Source: a virus
IMG/VR virus record: IMGVR_UViG_3300035670_000106
Span: 1 to 64,000 of that record
DNA: 64,000 bases
Strand: one strand, 5' to 3'
Notes under the pieces: model-generated
Told to the model about the DNA's origin: nothing
Database searches by the model: none
Seen by the model: only the letters and a program-made list of their open reading frames with translations
Shown here: positions 36,101 through 45,886 of the stretch, piece by piece
Layout of the letters: each line of letters starts with the position of its first letter
How positions within the stretch are numbered: position 1 is the stretch's first letter
Made by a program: the position numbers and the translations under genes

Positions 36101-39100
36101 GTTCTTCCTAATTATAATACTACAGACTATGGGTCAAATAGTATTGGGCTTGGTACTAATGTTTTAACAGGAGGTAATGTTGCTCGCATAAATTGTGTAG
36201 GTATAGGTTCAACAGTTTTATCTAATTGGACTTCTCCATATTCAGTAGGTATAGGTACAAATGTACTTTCTGGAAATTTTACTGGAACCGGCAATGAGAA
36301 AAATGTAGCAATAGGTACTAATATACTATCACTTGCTGGAAATGCTTATAATCCACAAAGATCAGTTTTTATTGGCAATGATATATTGTCAGTAGAATCT
36401 GGAGGCTCCCAATATGATAGTATACTAATAGGTTCCAGCTTAGCTAATAGACTAAATACTATACAATCCTCTGTATTAATAGGTAACGATATAGCTTCCA
36501 GTAATTACTGGTTTGCACAAGGTATTAATGATAGCACTATAAACTCCGTAATACTAGGCAAAGGGGCCGCATATGCTATTAGTAACTATAAAAATGTCTA
36601 TAGTACCAAGGGTAACGTAGTAGTAGGAGATTCCGCAGGGTATAACCTATGCTCTACAGGCACTGGTGTATCTGCTACTTATACTAATTCCGCTGGCAGT
36701 ACATCGATAACTATAAACAGTACTGCACATGAGGTACCCTTAAGTGCTATAGTTTATATTGATTTCACTGGTACTAACCCCCCTACTAGTGGCTACTATA
36801 CTGTAAGCGCTGTATCCACAAATAGTTTTTCTGTTACTCATGGTTCATCCTTAGGAACAGCGCATACTACTATAGCATGTAACTACTCTAATGATAAAAT
36901 CATAGGAGGATTTAGTACAGGTAGTTATAATGTTTTATTAGGGTATGGGGCAGGGTCTTTTATTACTACTGGATATGGTAATATAGCTATAGGTGTAGGT
37001 ACTCTGGGATCTTATCAAACGCCAGATTCTGCTATAAATACACCAGCCTATAGAACTACAGGTAGGGACAATATTGTTATTGGTAATAATGCTGGTAGGA
37101 TAGGGGGCAATGGTGCAAGAAACATATTTATTGGGTATTTTGCAGGAAGTAGTTTTACTGGAACAAATTCAGATGTAGTAATAATAGGTGGACACACAGG
37201 AGCCAGTTTAGGTAGTAATGATATTGTTATTGCTGATGGGGCTGGTAATAGTAGACTATTTTGGGACCACTCAGCTTCTAAGTGGTTGACTAATAATTTA
37301 AGTCTTGATTTAGGTTCTGGGAACTTAATAACTTCAGGTACTGTAGATGGTGTAGATATATCTACATTGGAGTCTGCTGTAGCTAAGACTGCTGATAGTG
37401 AAACAATAACAAATAATTGGTCATTTACTGGTAGTGGCACAACTATAGGGGGTAGTAACTTCGACAATGGTTGGTTGAAAATAGGAAGTAGTACAACAGG
37501 ATGGGCTTTCGACGGTAATGAGTTTTATACAGCAGGAGATTGTATTATTGGCTCATTAGTTGGCAGTACAATGACTTTTAGTAATAGACCTGCTTTTAAT
37601 GGTGGAACAACTGGAACGGATTCGCCGTTTACTGTAGATAGTACTTATGTTGTTGCTAATCTAAATGCTGATTTACTAGACGGTAATGATAGTAGTTATT
37701 TTATTGACACATCTGCTACTTCACAGACTAAATCTGGTAATTTAACTGTAGCGGATTTAACTGTATCTGGTGGAAATGTTATATCCAATACTTCCTCTAG
37801 TAAAGTCAAATACTCCGTATATAGCGATGCTTCAACTTATGGAATGGGATTCCAATCAGCAGTAACTTATGGTGGGTTGAATGATTGGGCAGTTACTTTC
37901 TCAAATAGTAATATCAATGCTAGAGGATTTTGGTGGGGGGACACTACGCATACATTAGCTCAAGGAGCAATGGCCCTTACTACTAATGGATTGCTCACTG
38001 TAGCTGGTGGTATGAGATTAGGATTTGGGGAATCTGACGCAACAGACCCCACAACCGGAAAGTTAGAAGTTAATGGAGATATAACAACTTCTGGTAGTAT
38101 TAGTACTTCGGGGCAGTTTATTTCCTCAATATCTACCGGAACTGCTCCCTTATCAGTTGCTTCAACAACACTCGTATCTGATCTAAATGCCGATAAAGTA
38201 GATAATACTGACTTAATAGATTTTTGGACGTCTAGGGAGTATAACTTTGCTGAAGGTGCTTATGTTGGTTTAAATTCTTATTATAATTCGGGATGGTACA
38301 CTAGAACTGCACAAGATGGAGCATTTGCTTGGAGGAATGGAGGCGATGGTGTTGGTTTACAATTATTTGTAAATGATGGTCCTGTTTCAGCAAATACAAC
38401 ATTTACTTATAGCGCATATGCTTGGAGAGATGGGGACTTTTTCTCTAATTCCAATAAATTTTGGCACGCTGGTAATGATGGTTCTGGTTCAGGTTTAGAT
38501 GCAGACTTATTAGATGGGTATAATTCCTCGCAAGCAAATACTATAAATACAGTTGCAGTTAGAGATGGTTCTGGAGATATTAATTGTAGATTAATTCGTC
38601 AAGAATACACTGATCAAAGTACCATTTCAGGTGGAATGGTGTTTAGAGTTAATAATTCAACAGATAATTATTTAAGAGTTTGCAATAGCACTTCTGCAAT
38701 AAGAACGTACCTTGGGTTAGGATCTTCAGCAACTGTTAATACTGGAACTTCAGGTAATACCATCCCATTACTCGATGGTACCAATACTTGGTCTAATAAT
38801 CAGTCAATTTCAGTATCTTCAGCAGGGTCAGCATTAACTGTAACAAACTCAAATACAGCAGGAACCTCTTTAGTAACTTCAGGTATAACTTTAATAGATT
38901 CCACACAGTCTGTAGCTTATGCTAGTGATGTATATCCATCCTTACAGGTAAATGATATAAACCAAAGAGCTATAGGTTTAAGTACATGGTCAAATAGTGC
39001 TAATGGTCCTGTCATATACTTTGCAAAATCTCGTAGTACAACTATAGGAACATTTAACTCTACTACTAATACTATAGCAGCTGGAGATAACTTTGGCTCA

Positions 39101-40768
39101 CTACAGTTTTATGGAGATGATGGTATTAATGCTTCTGCGGGCGATTTTAACAGTAACGCAGGAACCTTTGTATGTGAAGCAGTTAGTCCCGTAACAGCTA
39201 GAGACAAATTAACCGCTAGATTTAAAATTAGAGTAGCTATGGGCTCTAATTTAACTTCTGATATTGCAACATTTAATGGACATGCTTCTGGACTAGGTTC
39301 TGCACATATTGCATTGTTACCAACTACAGCAAACACACTAGGAACAACCGCTTCAGGAGCATTACAAGTTTCTGGAGGGGCTGGTATTGCTGGAAACTTG
39401 ACTGTAGGCTCTTCGTTAAGAGTAGGAAGTGTTGCACAAATCCCAGCAGGTGCAGTTGGTACACCTTCATTAGCTTTTTCAGATGATACAGACACTGGTA
39501 TATATCGTTCTGGTACTAACACGCTGGCGATTACAACAGGTGGTACTCAAGCAGTCACCGTTAATGCTAATGGTGACATGGAAGTTATAGGGCGGTTAAG
39601 GTCTTCAGGAAATCAATCTGTAATCTCATGGACAACTACAGGAGTATCTTTTGATATTGCAGCAGCAACTTTTACAGATACGTCTAGTGCAGCAACAGCC
39701 ACGGTAGATAGTAGAGCATCTTCTTCAATTAATAGACCTACATTTGCATCCACTAATGCTATTACGGTAACGAATGCAGCAACACTTTATATAAATAACA
39801 GTCCTTTAGCTGGTAGTAATACTACAATATCTAATGCATACTCTTTATGGGTAGATAATGGTAATTGTTTATTTGATAATGATGTAACCATAAATGGAAC
39901 GCTTAATGTTAGAACAGCTATTGATCTCGCAGACAGTGATATTTTAAGATTTGGCTCTTCAGACGACTGGGAATTATTTCACGACGGTACAAATAACTAC
40001 ATGGATTTAAATGTAGGTAATCTCATAATTCGTGACAATACTACTACCAGAGCCACACTAGAAAGGACTACAGGGAATCTAACCTTAACTGGAGACATTG
40101 CAGTAAATGGTGGCGATTTAACTACTACAGCAGCTACTTTTAATTTAGTAAACACTACAGCAACTACTCTTAATGTTGGTGGAGCAGCATCTACTGTAAA
40201 TATTGGTAGTGATACTGAAGGTTCTACTTTAAATATAAATAATGGGTTTATTGTAAATAGATATACTACAGATAATACTTTTACAGCAGGCAAACAATCC
40301 AGATTACTATCTGCAACAAAAGCAACAGCTACTGCCAGTGATACAGTAACTTTACAAATTAAAAATCTAAAAAACAACGTAGTATTCTGTGCAGGTAAGA
40401 TAAAAATATCTTTTAGTAAGGGTACAAACCCACAATGGAGATTTGCATATAAAGAGTATGGTTTTATGTACTCTCACAATAATACCCCGAGTACTGTTAC
40501 CAATACAGAAGGTGCTTTAACTTCTGAGATTTTTAATCTTAATAATGGAACTGCTTACTTGACTGTTGGCACTCCTACTGTTACTTTGGATGGTAATGCA
40601 GGGGAAGTTTTATTTAATTGGCCTGTAACAGCAACTACCGTTTCCGATAGTCTAATTGTGGTAGTAGAAATAGAGTATATTACGCCTAATCCTGTTCATG
40701 GTTTAATGTCTAACGTTGCGTCACCTACTTCTGGTGATAATGGGACAATACATCTATATATTACTTAA
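33125..40768 (+). CDS. Long tail fibre / receptor-binding protein (2547 aa)
   Basis: S/T/G-rich; Ig/FN3-like duplications; VGIG beta-roll repeats; 'LNADLLDG' fibre motifs. Confidence 0.85.
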   Translation: MAATLSTLPGGFRIVVAIPQESGEARDDIYGIKVWFGTNNTFDPLSTDTPGPTTTGILGYDGTDFYSDIYTGSTYIGTPLYVKYVFINRADYAYESSDIILASGTVTPEPSNLTGSLTTPASLVQTDSSGNGGVYTNSGGIFKVFEGTVDKTGNGPVYSVQSTSTGLTVSIGTVTGAYTITGLSVDSGVATLRAAYRGINIDLNYSIAKAKTGIQGASGAGGITVILSNESHSVPSASDGSSPVLTGSGTTVKVFEGGTELTYVGTAFGTASTSGTWNFNTIVGTNVTVGSITDSGTHCTIGDITGFTQDTGYITYTINGKLANGVAFSNVQKIQSFSKSKTGSIGPQGSLGPTVSLSYSRDPVFAYTDNTATGDTSNVILTATCNAMSGQTYLWYKDGVSTGTATSTYTVTSAVFSTSVRSAVYKCVVTYNAQTYTDSVTVFRSDRSTAEANATVGATWGTNITSQPANSELYNSQINVDSGVITFYYNTAQGSAPTTPVIGAGAYNFSTKTITAPASWSITPPTTGTGKVWTTTTIFKGTGHTATADDGTNTFTTPLSAYDLNATLGAPSGTYVGSTLAQDVETYSSTAYSGTTNYRTTGSPTNSVTLSGSTAITATADGNALLSIDYTYSQGAKTADGLWIYYSSDSSVTVADPVLTVNPTSGTVRVGVLPGQSYYVGAQAFRRTENGNEATAMVTAGPIASVSSNYTGSLNGTVASTVVTNASNGATAYSGTTNYRTAGTATNQPAITGVTTNATADGNVIANIAYTYTQGTLPADSIDIYWAEGTASPTTTSPSISVSPVSGNLSIPVKPSTNYRFGARTNRVLDSGITSSSITVYTTTVTAAASNYTGSLNGNLISAHLNSNITVDTNGILQGIGTPGISVNNTKAWSSIDTGVLTNDKSLYVGSTTTGVLISSTTNKPRVTVLESSTVRANYGQLDAITVGGGTIPAGYGLSAYDPSGNLVFDTRLSVGIRGNISTNNFAFGTSDVLPNYNTTDYGSNSIGLGTNVLTGGNVARINCVGIGSTVLSNWTSPYSVGIGTNVLSGNFTGTGNEKNVAIGTNILSLAGNAYNPQRSVFIGNDILSVESGGSQYDSILIGSSLANRLNTIQSSVLIGNDIASSNYWFAQGINDSTINSVILGKGAAYAISNYKNVYSTKGNVVVGDSAGYNLCSTGTGVSATYTNSAGSTSITINSTAHEVPLSAIVYIDFTGTNPPTSGYYTVSAVSTNSFSVTHGSSLGTAHTTIACNYSNDKIIGGFSTGSYNVLLGYGAGSFITTGYGNIAIGVGTLGSYQTPDSAINTPAYRTTGRDNIVIGNNAGRIGGNGARNIFIGYFAGSSFTGTNSDVVIIGGHTGASLGSNDIVIADGAGNSRLFWDHSASKWLTNNLSLDLGSGNLITSGTVDGVDISTLESAVAKTADSETITNNWSFTGSGTTIGGSNFDNGWLKIGSSTTGWAFDGNEFYTAGDCIIGSLVGSTMTFSNRPAFNGGTTGTDSPFTVDSTYVVANLNADLLDGNDSSYFIDTSATSQTKSGNLTVADLTVSGGNVISNTSSSKVKYSVYSDASTYGMGFQSAVTYGGLNDWAVTFSNSNINARGFWWGDTTHTLAQGAMALTTNGLLTVAGGMRLGFGESDATDPTTGKLEVNGDITTSGSISTSGQFISSISTGTAPLSVASTTLVSDLNADKVDNTDLIDFWTSREYNFAEGAYVGLNSYYNSGWYTRTAQDGAFAWRNGGDGVGLQLFVNDGPVSANTTFTYSAYAWRDGDFFSNSNKFWHAGNDGSGSGLDADLLDGYNSSQANTINTVAVRDGSGDINCRLIRQEYTDQSTISGGMVFRVNNSTDNYLRVCNSTSAIRTYLGLGSSATVNTGTSGNTIPLLDGTNTWSNNQSISVSSAGSALTVTNSNTAGTSLVTSGITLIDSTQSVAYASDVYPSLQVNDINQRAIGLSTWSNSANGPVIYFAKSRSTTIGTFNSTTNTIAAGDNFGSLQFYGDDGINASAGDFNSNAGTFVCEAVSPVTARDKLTARFKIRVAMGSNLTSDIATFNGHASGLGSAHIALLPTTANTLGTTASGALQVSGGAGIAGNLTVGSSLRVGSVAQIPAGAVGTPSLAFSDDTDTGIYRSGTNTLAITTGGTQAVTVNANGDMEVIGRLRSSGNQSVISWTTTGVSFDIAAATFTDTSSAATATVDSRASSSINRPTFASTNAITVTNAATLYINNSPLAGSNTTISNAYSLWVDNGNCLFDNDVTINGTLNVRTAIDLADSDILRFGSSDDWELFHDGTNNYMDLNVGNLIIRDNTTTRATLERTTGNLTLTGDIAVNGGDLTTTAATFNLVNTTATTLNVGGAASTVNIGSDTEGSTLNINNGFIVNRYTTDNTFTAGKQSRLLSATKATATASDTVTLQIKNLKNNVVFCAGKIKISFSKGTNPQWRFAYKEYGFMYSHNNTPSTVTNTEGALTSEIFNLNNGTAYLTVGTPTVTLDGNAGEVLFNWPVTATTVSDSLIVVVEIEYITPNPVHGLMSNVASPTSGDNGTIHLYIT

Positions 40769-40774
40769 TAATCT

Positions 40775-40801
40775 AAATTGGCAGCCGTAGCTGCCAATTT
40801 T
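40775..40801 (+). terminator. Intrinsic terminator
   Basis: AAATTGGCAGC/GCTGCCAATTT followed by T. Confidence 0.75.
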
Positions 40802-40820
40802 AACAACATAAAGGAATTTT

Positions 40821-41144
40821 ATGAATTACCAACAATCAAATATAACTGGTGAATCTTGGAAAAGATCTTACAGAGTTATTATAAATAATGAGTATCAAAG
40901 TATTCCAAGAATCGAATTCTTTGAAGAAAAAGTAGTAAATATCGAGGGTAGTATTATCAAACAGAATGATGGTTCAGTAGCAGAACAGTTTACCGAAGCA
41001 AATGCTACTGAAACTTTTGATATTAAAGATGAAGAAGGTAATGTTATAGACACTAAAACATATTTAGAAGTATATTCTTTATTGCAGAGCTTGTATATGC
41101 ACATTGCGGAGAAAAGAGATGTATCAAATACTAATAGCAATTGA
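40821..41144 (+). CDS. Hypothetical protein (possible fibre chaperone)
   Basis: AAGGA RBS; directly after the fibre gene. Confidence 0.7.
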   Translation: MNYQQSNITGESWKRSYRVIINNEYQSIPRIEFFEEKVVNIEGSIIKQNDGSVAEQFTEANATETFDIKDEEGNVIDTKTYLEVYSLLQSLYMHIAEKRDVSNTNSN

Positions 41145-41352
41145 TCAATTATTTAATACTTTATGTTTTTGGATGCCGGGGGGAAGATGGGCAGATGAAA
41201 CCTTATCTTCTAGATCTTGGAGGATACGACATACACATCCCATTTATCATAAAGTTATTGATAAGATATTTTTCTTTGACAAGAACCACTGTGAATACTC
41301 TTATATTAGCGAACAGCTAAGACTACAAGCCCCTCCAGAAACCAGAGAATAA
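41119..41352 (+). CDS. Conserved small phage protein
   Basis: 'LIAIDQLFN...ADETLSSR...HC' motif common near tail genes; ATG 41119 with GGAG RBS. Confidence 0.75.
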   Translation: MYQILIAIDQLFNTLCFWMPGGRWADETLSSRSWRIRHTHPIYHKVIDKIFFFDKNHCEYSYISEQLRLQAPPETRE

Positions 41353-41375
41353 CAGTAGCTACAAAAATTTTATCA

Positions 41376-41404
41376 TTGACATAAGGTAGCTACAGTGGTA
41401 TAAT
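41376..41404 (+). promoter_or_regulatory. Late sigma70 promoter (accessory/lysis operon)
   Basis: TTGACA-N17-TATAAT, extended -10. Confidence 0.85.
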
Positions 41405-41510
41405 AGAGGGAAATAGAAATTGTACATGAAAAAGTAGGGGACATTAACAGGTTCCCTACTGCTTCTTTAAGAGTACTAAGAATGCAATGCTGTTCTGGAG
41501 ATAATATATA

Positions 41511-42098
41511 ATGACCCCAGTCAAATTAGGTTTTAAAGTGTATCAAGGTAGTACTTTTAGTGAAGTATTACGCTGGGAATCCAGCAAGAAAGTTTATAAG
41601 ACAATAACAGGAATTACCCAAAGTGCGCCAACTGTCGTAACTGCTGCAAGCCACTCCGTCCCTGACGGATGGAGAGTAAAAATTACGAATGTAGGCGGAA
41701 TGACTGAAATTAATTCTACAGAAAACTACCATATTGCTACATATATAGATAGTAGCAATATCGAAATAAACGCCCTCAATAGTTTAGGATTTAAGGCCTA
41801 CACTACTGGAGGAGTAATTGAGTACAATGAGCCCGTAGACTTGACAGGATATACGGCAAGAATGCAGATTAGAGAAAAGCTTGATTCTTCTACGGTCATC
41901 CATGAGTTAACAACCGAAAATGGTGGTATAGTAATAGATACAACAAACTATAAAGTTACAGTGGTTATTAGTGCAGCAGATACAGCTTTATTTACCTTCA
42001 ATACTGCAGTATATAGCTTAGAGTTAATCTCTCCTACAAATGAGGTATACCCGTTCGTAAATGGAGTACTAACTTTAGTTAAGGAAGTTACTAGATGA
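41511..42098 (+). CDS. Putative virion structural protein
   Basis: 'QGSTF', 'PVDLTGYTARMQIR' adaptor-like motifs with an inserted FCCH-like beta domain. Confidence 0.65.
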   Translation: MTPVKLGFKVYQGSTFSEVLRWESSKKVYKTITGITQSAPTVVTAASHSVPDGWRVKITNVGGMTEINSTENYHIATYIDSSNIEINALNSLGFKAYTTGGVIEYNEPVDLTGYTARMQIREKLDSSTVIHELTTENGGIVIDTTNYKVTVVISAADTALFTFNTAVYSLELISPTNEVYPFVNGVLTLVKEVTR

Positions 42099-42544
42099 TT
42101 ATACCTGAAAAAACTGAAACCGTATCTGTAGAACTAGAAAAGATACAAGCAGTAGTTTCAGGCAGTACTAATGATACGGTAACTATTGAAAGAGAGCAGT
42201 CTACCTTAGTACAGCAGACTAATGAAGTAGCTATTACTAATGAGCAAGTTTATAATGTGGTAGTAGAAGTAAATAATTCTTCTACTATAGTTGTTGGCCA
42301 ACCAGGACCCCAAGGACCTGTAGGTCTTAGTGAGGACTCTATGGCATATGCAAGACAAACAGATTTTGTAGGCGAAGATGTTATATATAAAGGTGAAGCA
42401 GAAGCAGGGTCCTTAACATCTTCACCTTTATGGAGAATAAGAAAGATTACTATAGTCAATGATGATATATCAGAAACTTGGGCTAATGGTAATACTGATT
42501 TTGATAAAGTGTGGGATGACAGATACACACTAAACTATATTTGA
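42095..42544 (+). CDS. Putative structural protein with short collagen-like motif
   Basis: 'GQPGPQGPVG'; 'WRIRKI...WANG..FDKVWDDR'. Confidence 0.6.
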   Translation: MIIPEKTETVSVELEKIQAVVSGSTNDTVTIEREQSTLVQQTNEVAITNEQVYNVVVEVNNSSTIVVGQPGPQGPVGLSEDSMAYARQTDFVGEDVIYKGEAEAGSLTSSPLWRIRKITIVNDDISETWANGNTDFDKVWDDRYTLNYI

Positions 42545-42554
42545 AAGGCATATA

Positions 42555-42893
42555 ATGGGAATCCAAGTAACACAAGCGGATAGTATGCCCGCAGTAACAT
42601 ACGATAAAATACATCTAACAAAATTAGAGATAATTCAGCCAATTTTTGAAGATGATACAAAAACTCCTCTGTATCAGGTAATTATTAGTTATAGGCATTA
42701 TGGTGTAGTTAATGGTGTAAGATACTATAAAAATGAAGAGTTACAAAGAGTATCTATTGATGACTTTATAACTCTAGCTGCTACAGATGCAGCGCAAGGT
42801 GATATGACACTAGTAAATGCTTTAGGGAGTATTGAAGTTGCCGTTGCCGGTATTATTTCCGATCAAACAGGTAATACGACTACGGTGGTATAA
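42555..42893 (+). CDS. Hypothetical protein
   Basis: ORF in a tightly packed operon. Confidence 0.7.
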   Translation: MGIQVTQADSMPAVTYDKIHLTKLEIIQPIFEDDTKTPLYQVIISYRHYGVVNGVRYYKNEELQRVSIDDFITLAATDAAQGDMTLVNALGSIEVAVAGIISDQTGNTTTVV

Positions 42894-42895
42894 TT

Positions 42896-44449
42896 ATGGC
42901 AACATATAGTACTGACCTTAATACTATTACTTTATGCGATTCTGGTTCATTCACAGAATTTACTGGATTCACTACAGGCGGTACACCAGCATTATCGACA
43001 GAAAACTACATCCACAATGGGTCATCTGTAGACCAAGCTACTGGTCAAGCTGTAGGTCAGCAAGCCTCTATAGCCTTTGATTTTGGTTCTAATATTTCTT
43101 GGACTACTGGTTGGGTAGTTATGGGTTGGCAGTACTTTGCTGCACCTACCAATATTGAGACTTGGGCTAGTGGTGGTATGCGTATAGGTATTGGCTCTGC
43201 ATTAGGTGCAGTTAGCTTCTATAACGCTGTAGGTAATAACTTTGGTACTTATCCGTATGGGGGATGGCAAAATACTGCCATTGATCCAACACTAACAGCA
43301 GATCAAACTACTGGCGGAGGTAATGGAGGAAGCTACCGTTACTTTGGTTCTATGTGCAATATGCTTGCCAAGATTACCAAAGGTTCTCCACATGCTATTG
43401 ATGCTTTTAGGTATGGTAGAGGTCAGATTAAAGCTATTGGTGCTGACTCTACCTTTACTGGATTAGCCTCTGCTAATGATGCTACTACTGCAAGATGGGG
43501 GTTATTCTCCAATGCTGGCGGTGTGTATAAGTGGAAAGGTTTAATGAGTTTAGGTGATGCTACTAATAGTGTTACCTTCTCTGATAGCAATAAAGCTATT
43601 CTAATTGAAGATACTCCTAGAGTTAGTGCGGGCTTTAATAAGATTGAGATTACTCATGCTTCCTCTTCTGTAACTTGGAACTCTATTTCTATTACTGGTG
43701 TACAGACTTCTATTACTGGTTCATCTCCTGTAAGTAGGGGTGACTTTGAGGTAGTTACATCGGGAGCTACAGTATCTCTAGCTGGTTGTACTTTTACAGA
43801 TATGGGTACTTTTATACTTAAGTCTAGTGCCTCTATTACAGGTAGTACTTTCCGTAGATGTGGTACAGTAACTCCTTCAGGAGCTACTATTAACTCTGGT
43901 ACTCTATTTACAAATAGTTTCAATACTTCTATTGGTGCTTTACTTGTTACATCTCCGACTGATATAGCCTCTATGAGTAATGGTTCTTTTACTAATAATG
44001 TAAAAGCTATAACTATAACTACTTCTGGTTCCTATAATTTTGTTGGTCATCAATTTTCTAGTAATACTACTGCTGTAGACTTTACAGGTACAGGTACGTG
44101 TAATATCTATCCTTCAGCAGGGTGTAATTTATCCCAATCTAATTGTACAGCCTCAGGGGGTGGTACAATTATAGTACATGCTGTTTCAACCAATTTAACA
44201 CTTACTGGAATAGTTCCAGGATCTGATATTGTTATACTTAACGCTGGTACTACTACTGAGCGTGTAAATATAGATTCCAACGCTACGTCAACTTATGTAT
44301 TCTCCTATACTACCTTAGGAGATGTAGATATATGTGTGTATAAACAAGGTTATAGGCCTTTCGCTTATCGAAATTACAGCCTACCTGCCTCAGACGGTTC
44401 CTTTCCTGTATCTCAGGTAGCGGACCTAAATTATTTTAATCCAGCCTAA
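42896..44449 (+). CDS. Putative structural beta-rich protein
   Basis: S/T/G-rich with beta-helix-like repeats; ends 'ADLNYFNPA'. Confidence 0.6.
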   Translation: MATYSTDLNTITLCDSGSFTEFTGFTTGGTPALSTENYIHNGSSVDQATGQAVGQQASIAFDFGSNISWTTGWVVMGWQYFAAPTNIETWASGGMRIGIGSALGAVSFYNAVGNNFGTYPYGGWQNTAIDPTLTADQTTGGGNGGSYRYFGSMCNMLAKITKGSPHAIDAFRYGRGQIKAIGADSTFTGLASANDATTARWGLFSNAGGVYKWKGLMSLGDATNSVTFSDSNKAILIEDTPRVSAGFNKIEITHASSSVTWNSISITGVQTSITGSSPVSRGDFEVVTSGATVSLAGCTFTDMGTFILKSSASITGSTFRRCGTVTPSGATINSGTLFTNSFNTSIGALLVTSPTDIASMSNGSFTNNVKAITITTSGSYNFVGHQFSSNTTAVDFTGTGTCNIYPSAGCNLSQSNCTASGGGTIIVHAVSTNLTLTGIVPGSDIVILNAGTTTERVNIDSNATSTYVFSYTTLGDVDICVYKQGYRPFAYRNYSLPASDGSFPVSQVADLNYFNPA

Positions 44450-44460
44450 GGAAATGAATT

Positions 44461-45876
44461 ATGGCAAAACTGATTGATCCGGATAGCTTAGTAGTAGGTA
44501 CTAATATTACCATTGATACTACTGCTAAAACTTTTACTTTACTAGCTTCTGCCGATGGTTCAACTACCAATGGTTTGATCGCTAAAGATGGTGTAACGCT
44601 ACAAGCAATTTATTCTAAGTTTATTTTACTATGGGAAACTTCCGCATATAATAAATATGCCTTCCCTATGTATGTAATTGACGCGAAATCGGGTCAATTT
44701 AACTTTGGTTTTGATGGTGGATCTTATAATGGATGGAAGCCAGCAGACGATACTACTCGTCAAATGTTGCGAGATGGTGGGTGGAATGAGTATTCTGCAG
44801 CCGGTGCACTGAATAGACAATATGTAGGTATCGTATCTCTGGGCGATGTAAATATAGGTGCTCAGCTTTACTACCAACGTGCTGCTATTGATGCTCCTAC
44901 AAACTTTACTTTCGATGATGAAGTTAACGAAGGTATTCAAGTTTATGGGGATGCTACAAACGGTAACTTTGATAAGCGTACATTCTTTAAAGCTTTTGTT
45001 CGAGAAGAGCAGAAAAAATACAAGACTTCCACACTAGCAGATACTGGTCAAAGTGCTACAGGTGCTTATACCGTTAATGTGCTACTATCTAATGAGACAG
45101 ATCTTGATGTTCTAGTTTCTGATGCGGTACTAGCCCCAGGTAGTACAGAAACCGGAGCAGCTACATACACCAATATTGATGTTAGCTACTATGCTACTGC
45201 CACCTCTCAGACTATTAATAGCACCTCCTATCCTTTCTCTATTGTTGTAGAAGGCGATAGTAAAAACCTTCAGCAAATTTATACTAAGGTCCAATACTTA
45301 CTACGTCAAAATAGCGACATTAATACCTCTGGAGATGCCGGTCCTGTTACTGGTAAGACTGCAGATGATTTAATGTACTTCGTAGGTCCTGACTTGTATT
45401 GTCGTCAGGGGGTATTTATTGCTAATATTGACTCTAATTTTATCAATAACGTATACTTTATTGATGATAATGGAGATCCTCGTGCCTACAACTACGCCTC
45501 GGCTGGTACCTTAAGTTTTAACTCTTATCTATCTCAAGGGGGTACTGGGTACTATCGTATGTATATTACTGATTCAGTAACAGGTACAGATGATTATGGT
45601 ACTGCTACTGCTATTACTCTGAATGATAAAGATGGAGCCGCTATTGCAGGAACTATTGCTTCTAGCAGTATTTCCTTTACTTTTGCATATGACACAAATA
45701 CCCAAGGTGGTAGATCAGTATTTACTTCCCCAGGTGGAGATGTCCCAGTAACTATTGTTGCAGGTAATAAAGGCATAGCTAAGCCAGTGGTTGCTACAGG
45801 CGTTATTACTAGATCAAAAGGTATCTCTATTTCTCTAGTTGCTGAGCAGGATCGTGCTTATAGTAATCCGGCGTAA
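44461..45876 (+). CDS. Putative structural protein
   Basis: Beta-rich; ends 'QDRAYSNPA'. Confidence 0.6.
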   Translation: MAKLIDPDSLVVGTNITIDTTAKTFTLLASADGSTTNGLIAKDGVTLQAIYSKFILLWETSAYNKYAFPMYVIDAKSGQFNFGFDGGSYNGWKPADDTTRQMLRDGGWNEYSAAGALNRQYVGIVSLGDVNIGAQLYYQRAAIDAPTNFTFDDEVNEGIQVYGDATNGNFDKRTFFKAFVREEQKKYKTSTLADTGQSATGAYTVNVLLSNETDLDVLVSDAVLAPGSTETGAATYTNIDVSYYATATSQTINSTSYPFSIVVEGDSKNLQQIYTKVQYLLRQNSDINTSGDAGPVTGKTADDLMYFVGPDLYCRQGVFIANIDSNFINNVYFIDDNGDPRAYNYASAGTLSFNSYLSQGGTGYYRMYITDSVTGTDDYGTATAITLNDKDGAAIAGTIASSSISFTFAYDTNTQGGRSVFTSPGGDVPVTIVAGNKGIAKPVVATGVITRSKGISISLVAEQDRAYSNPA

Positions 45877-45886
45877 GGAGTAGTTA

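Noticed and set aside
33125-40768. Diversity-generating retroelement target in the fibre
   Set aside because: No reverse transcriptase or adenine-specific TR/VR pair in the window; the repeats are domain duplications
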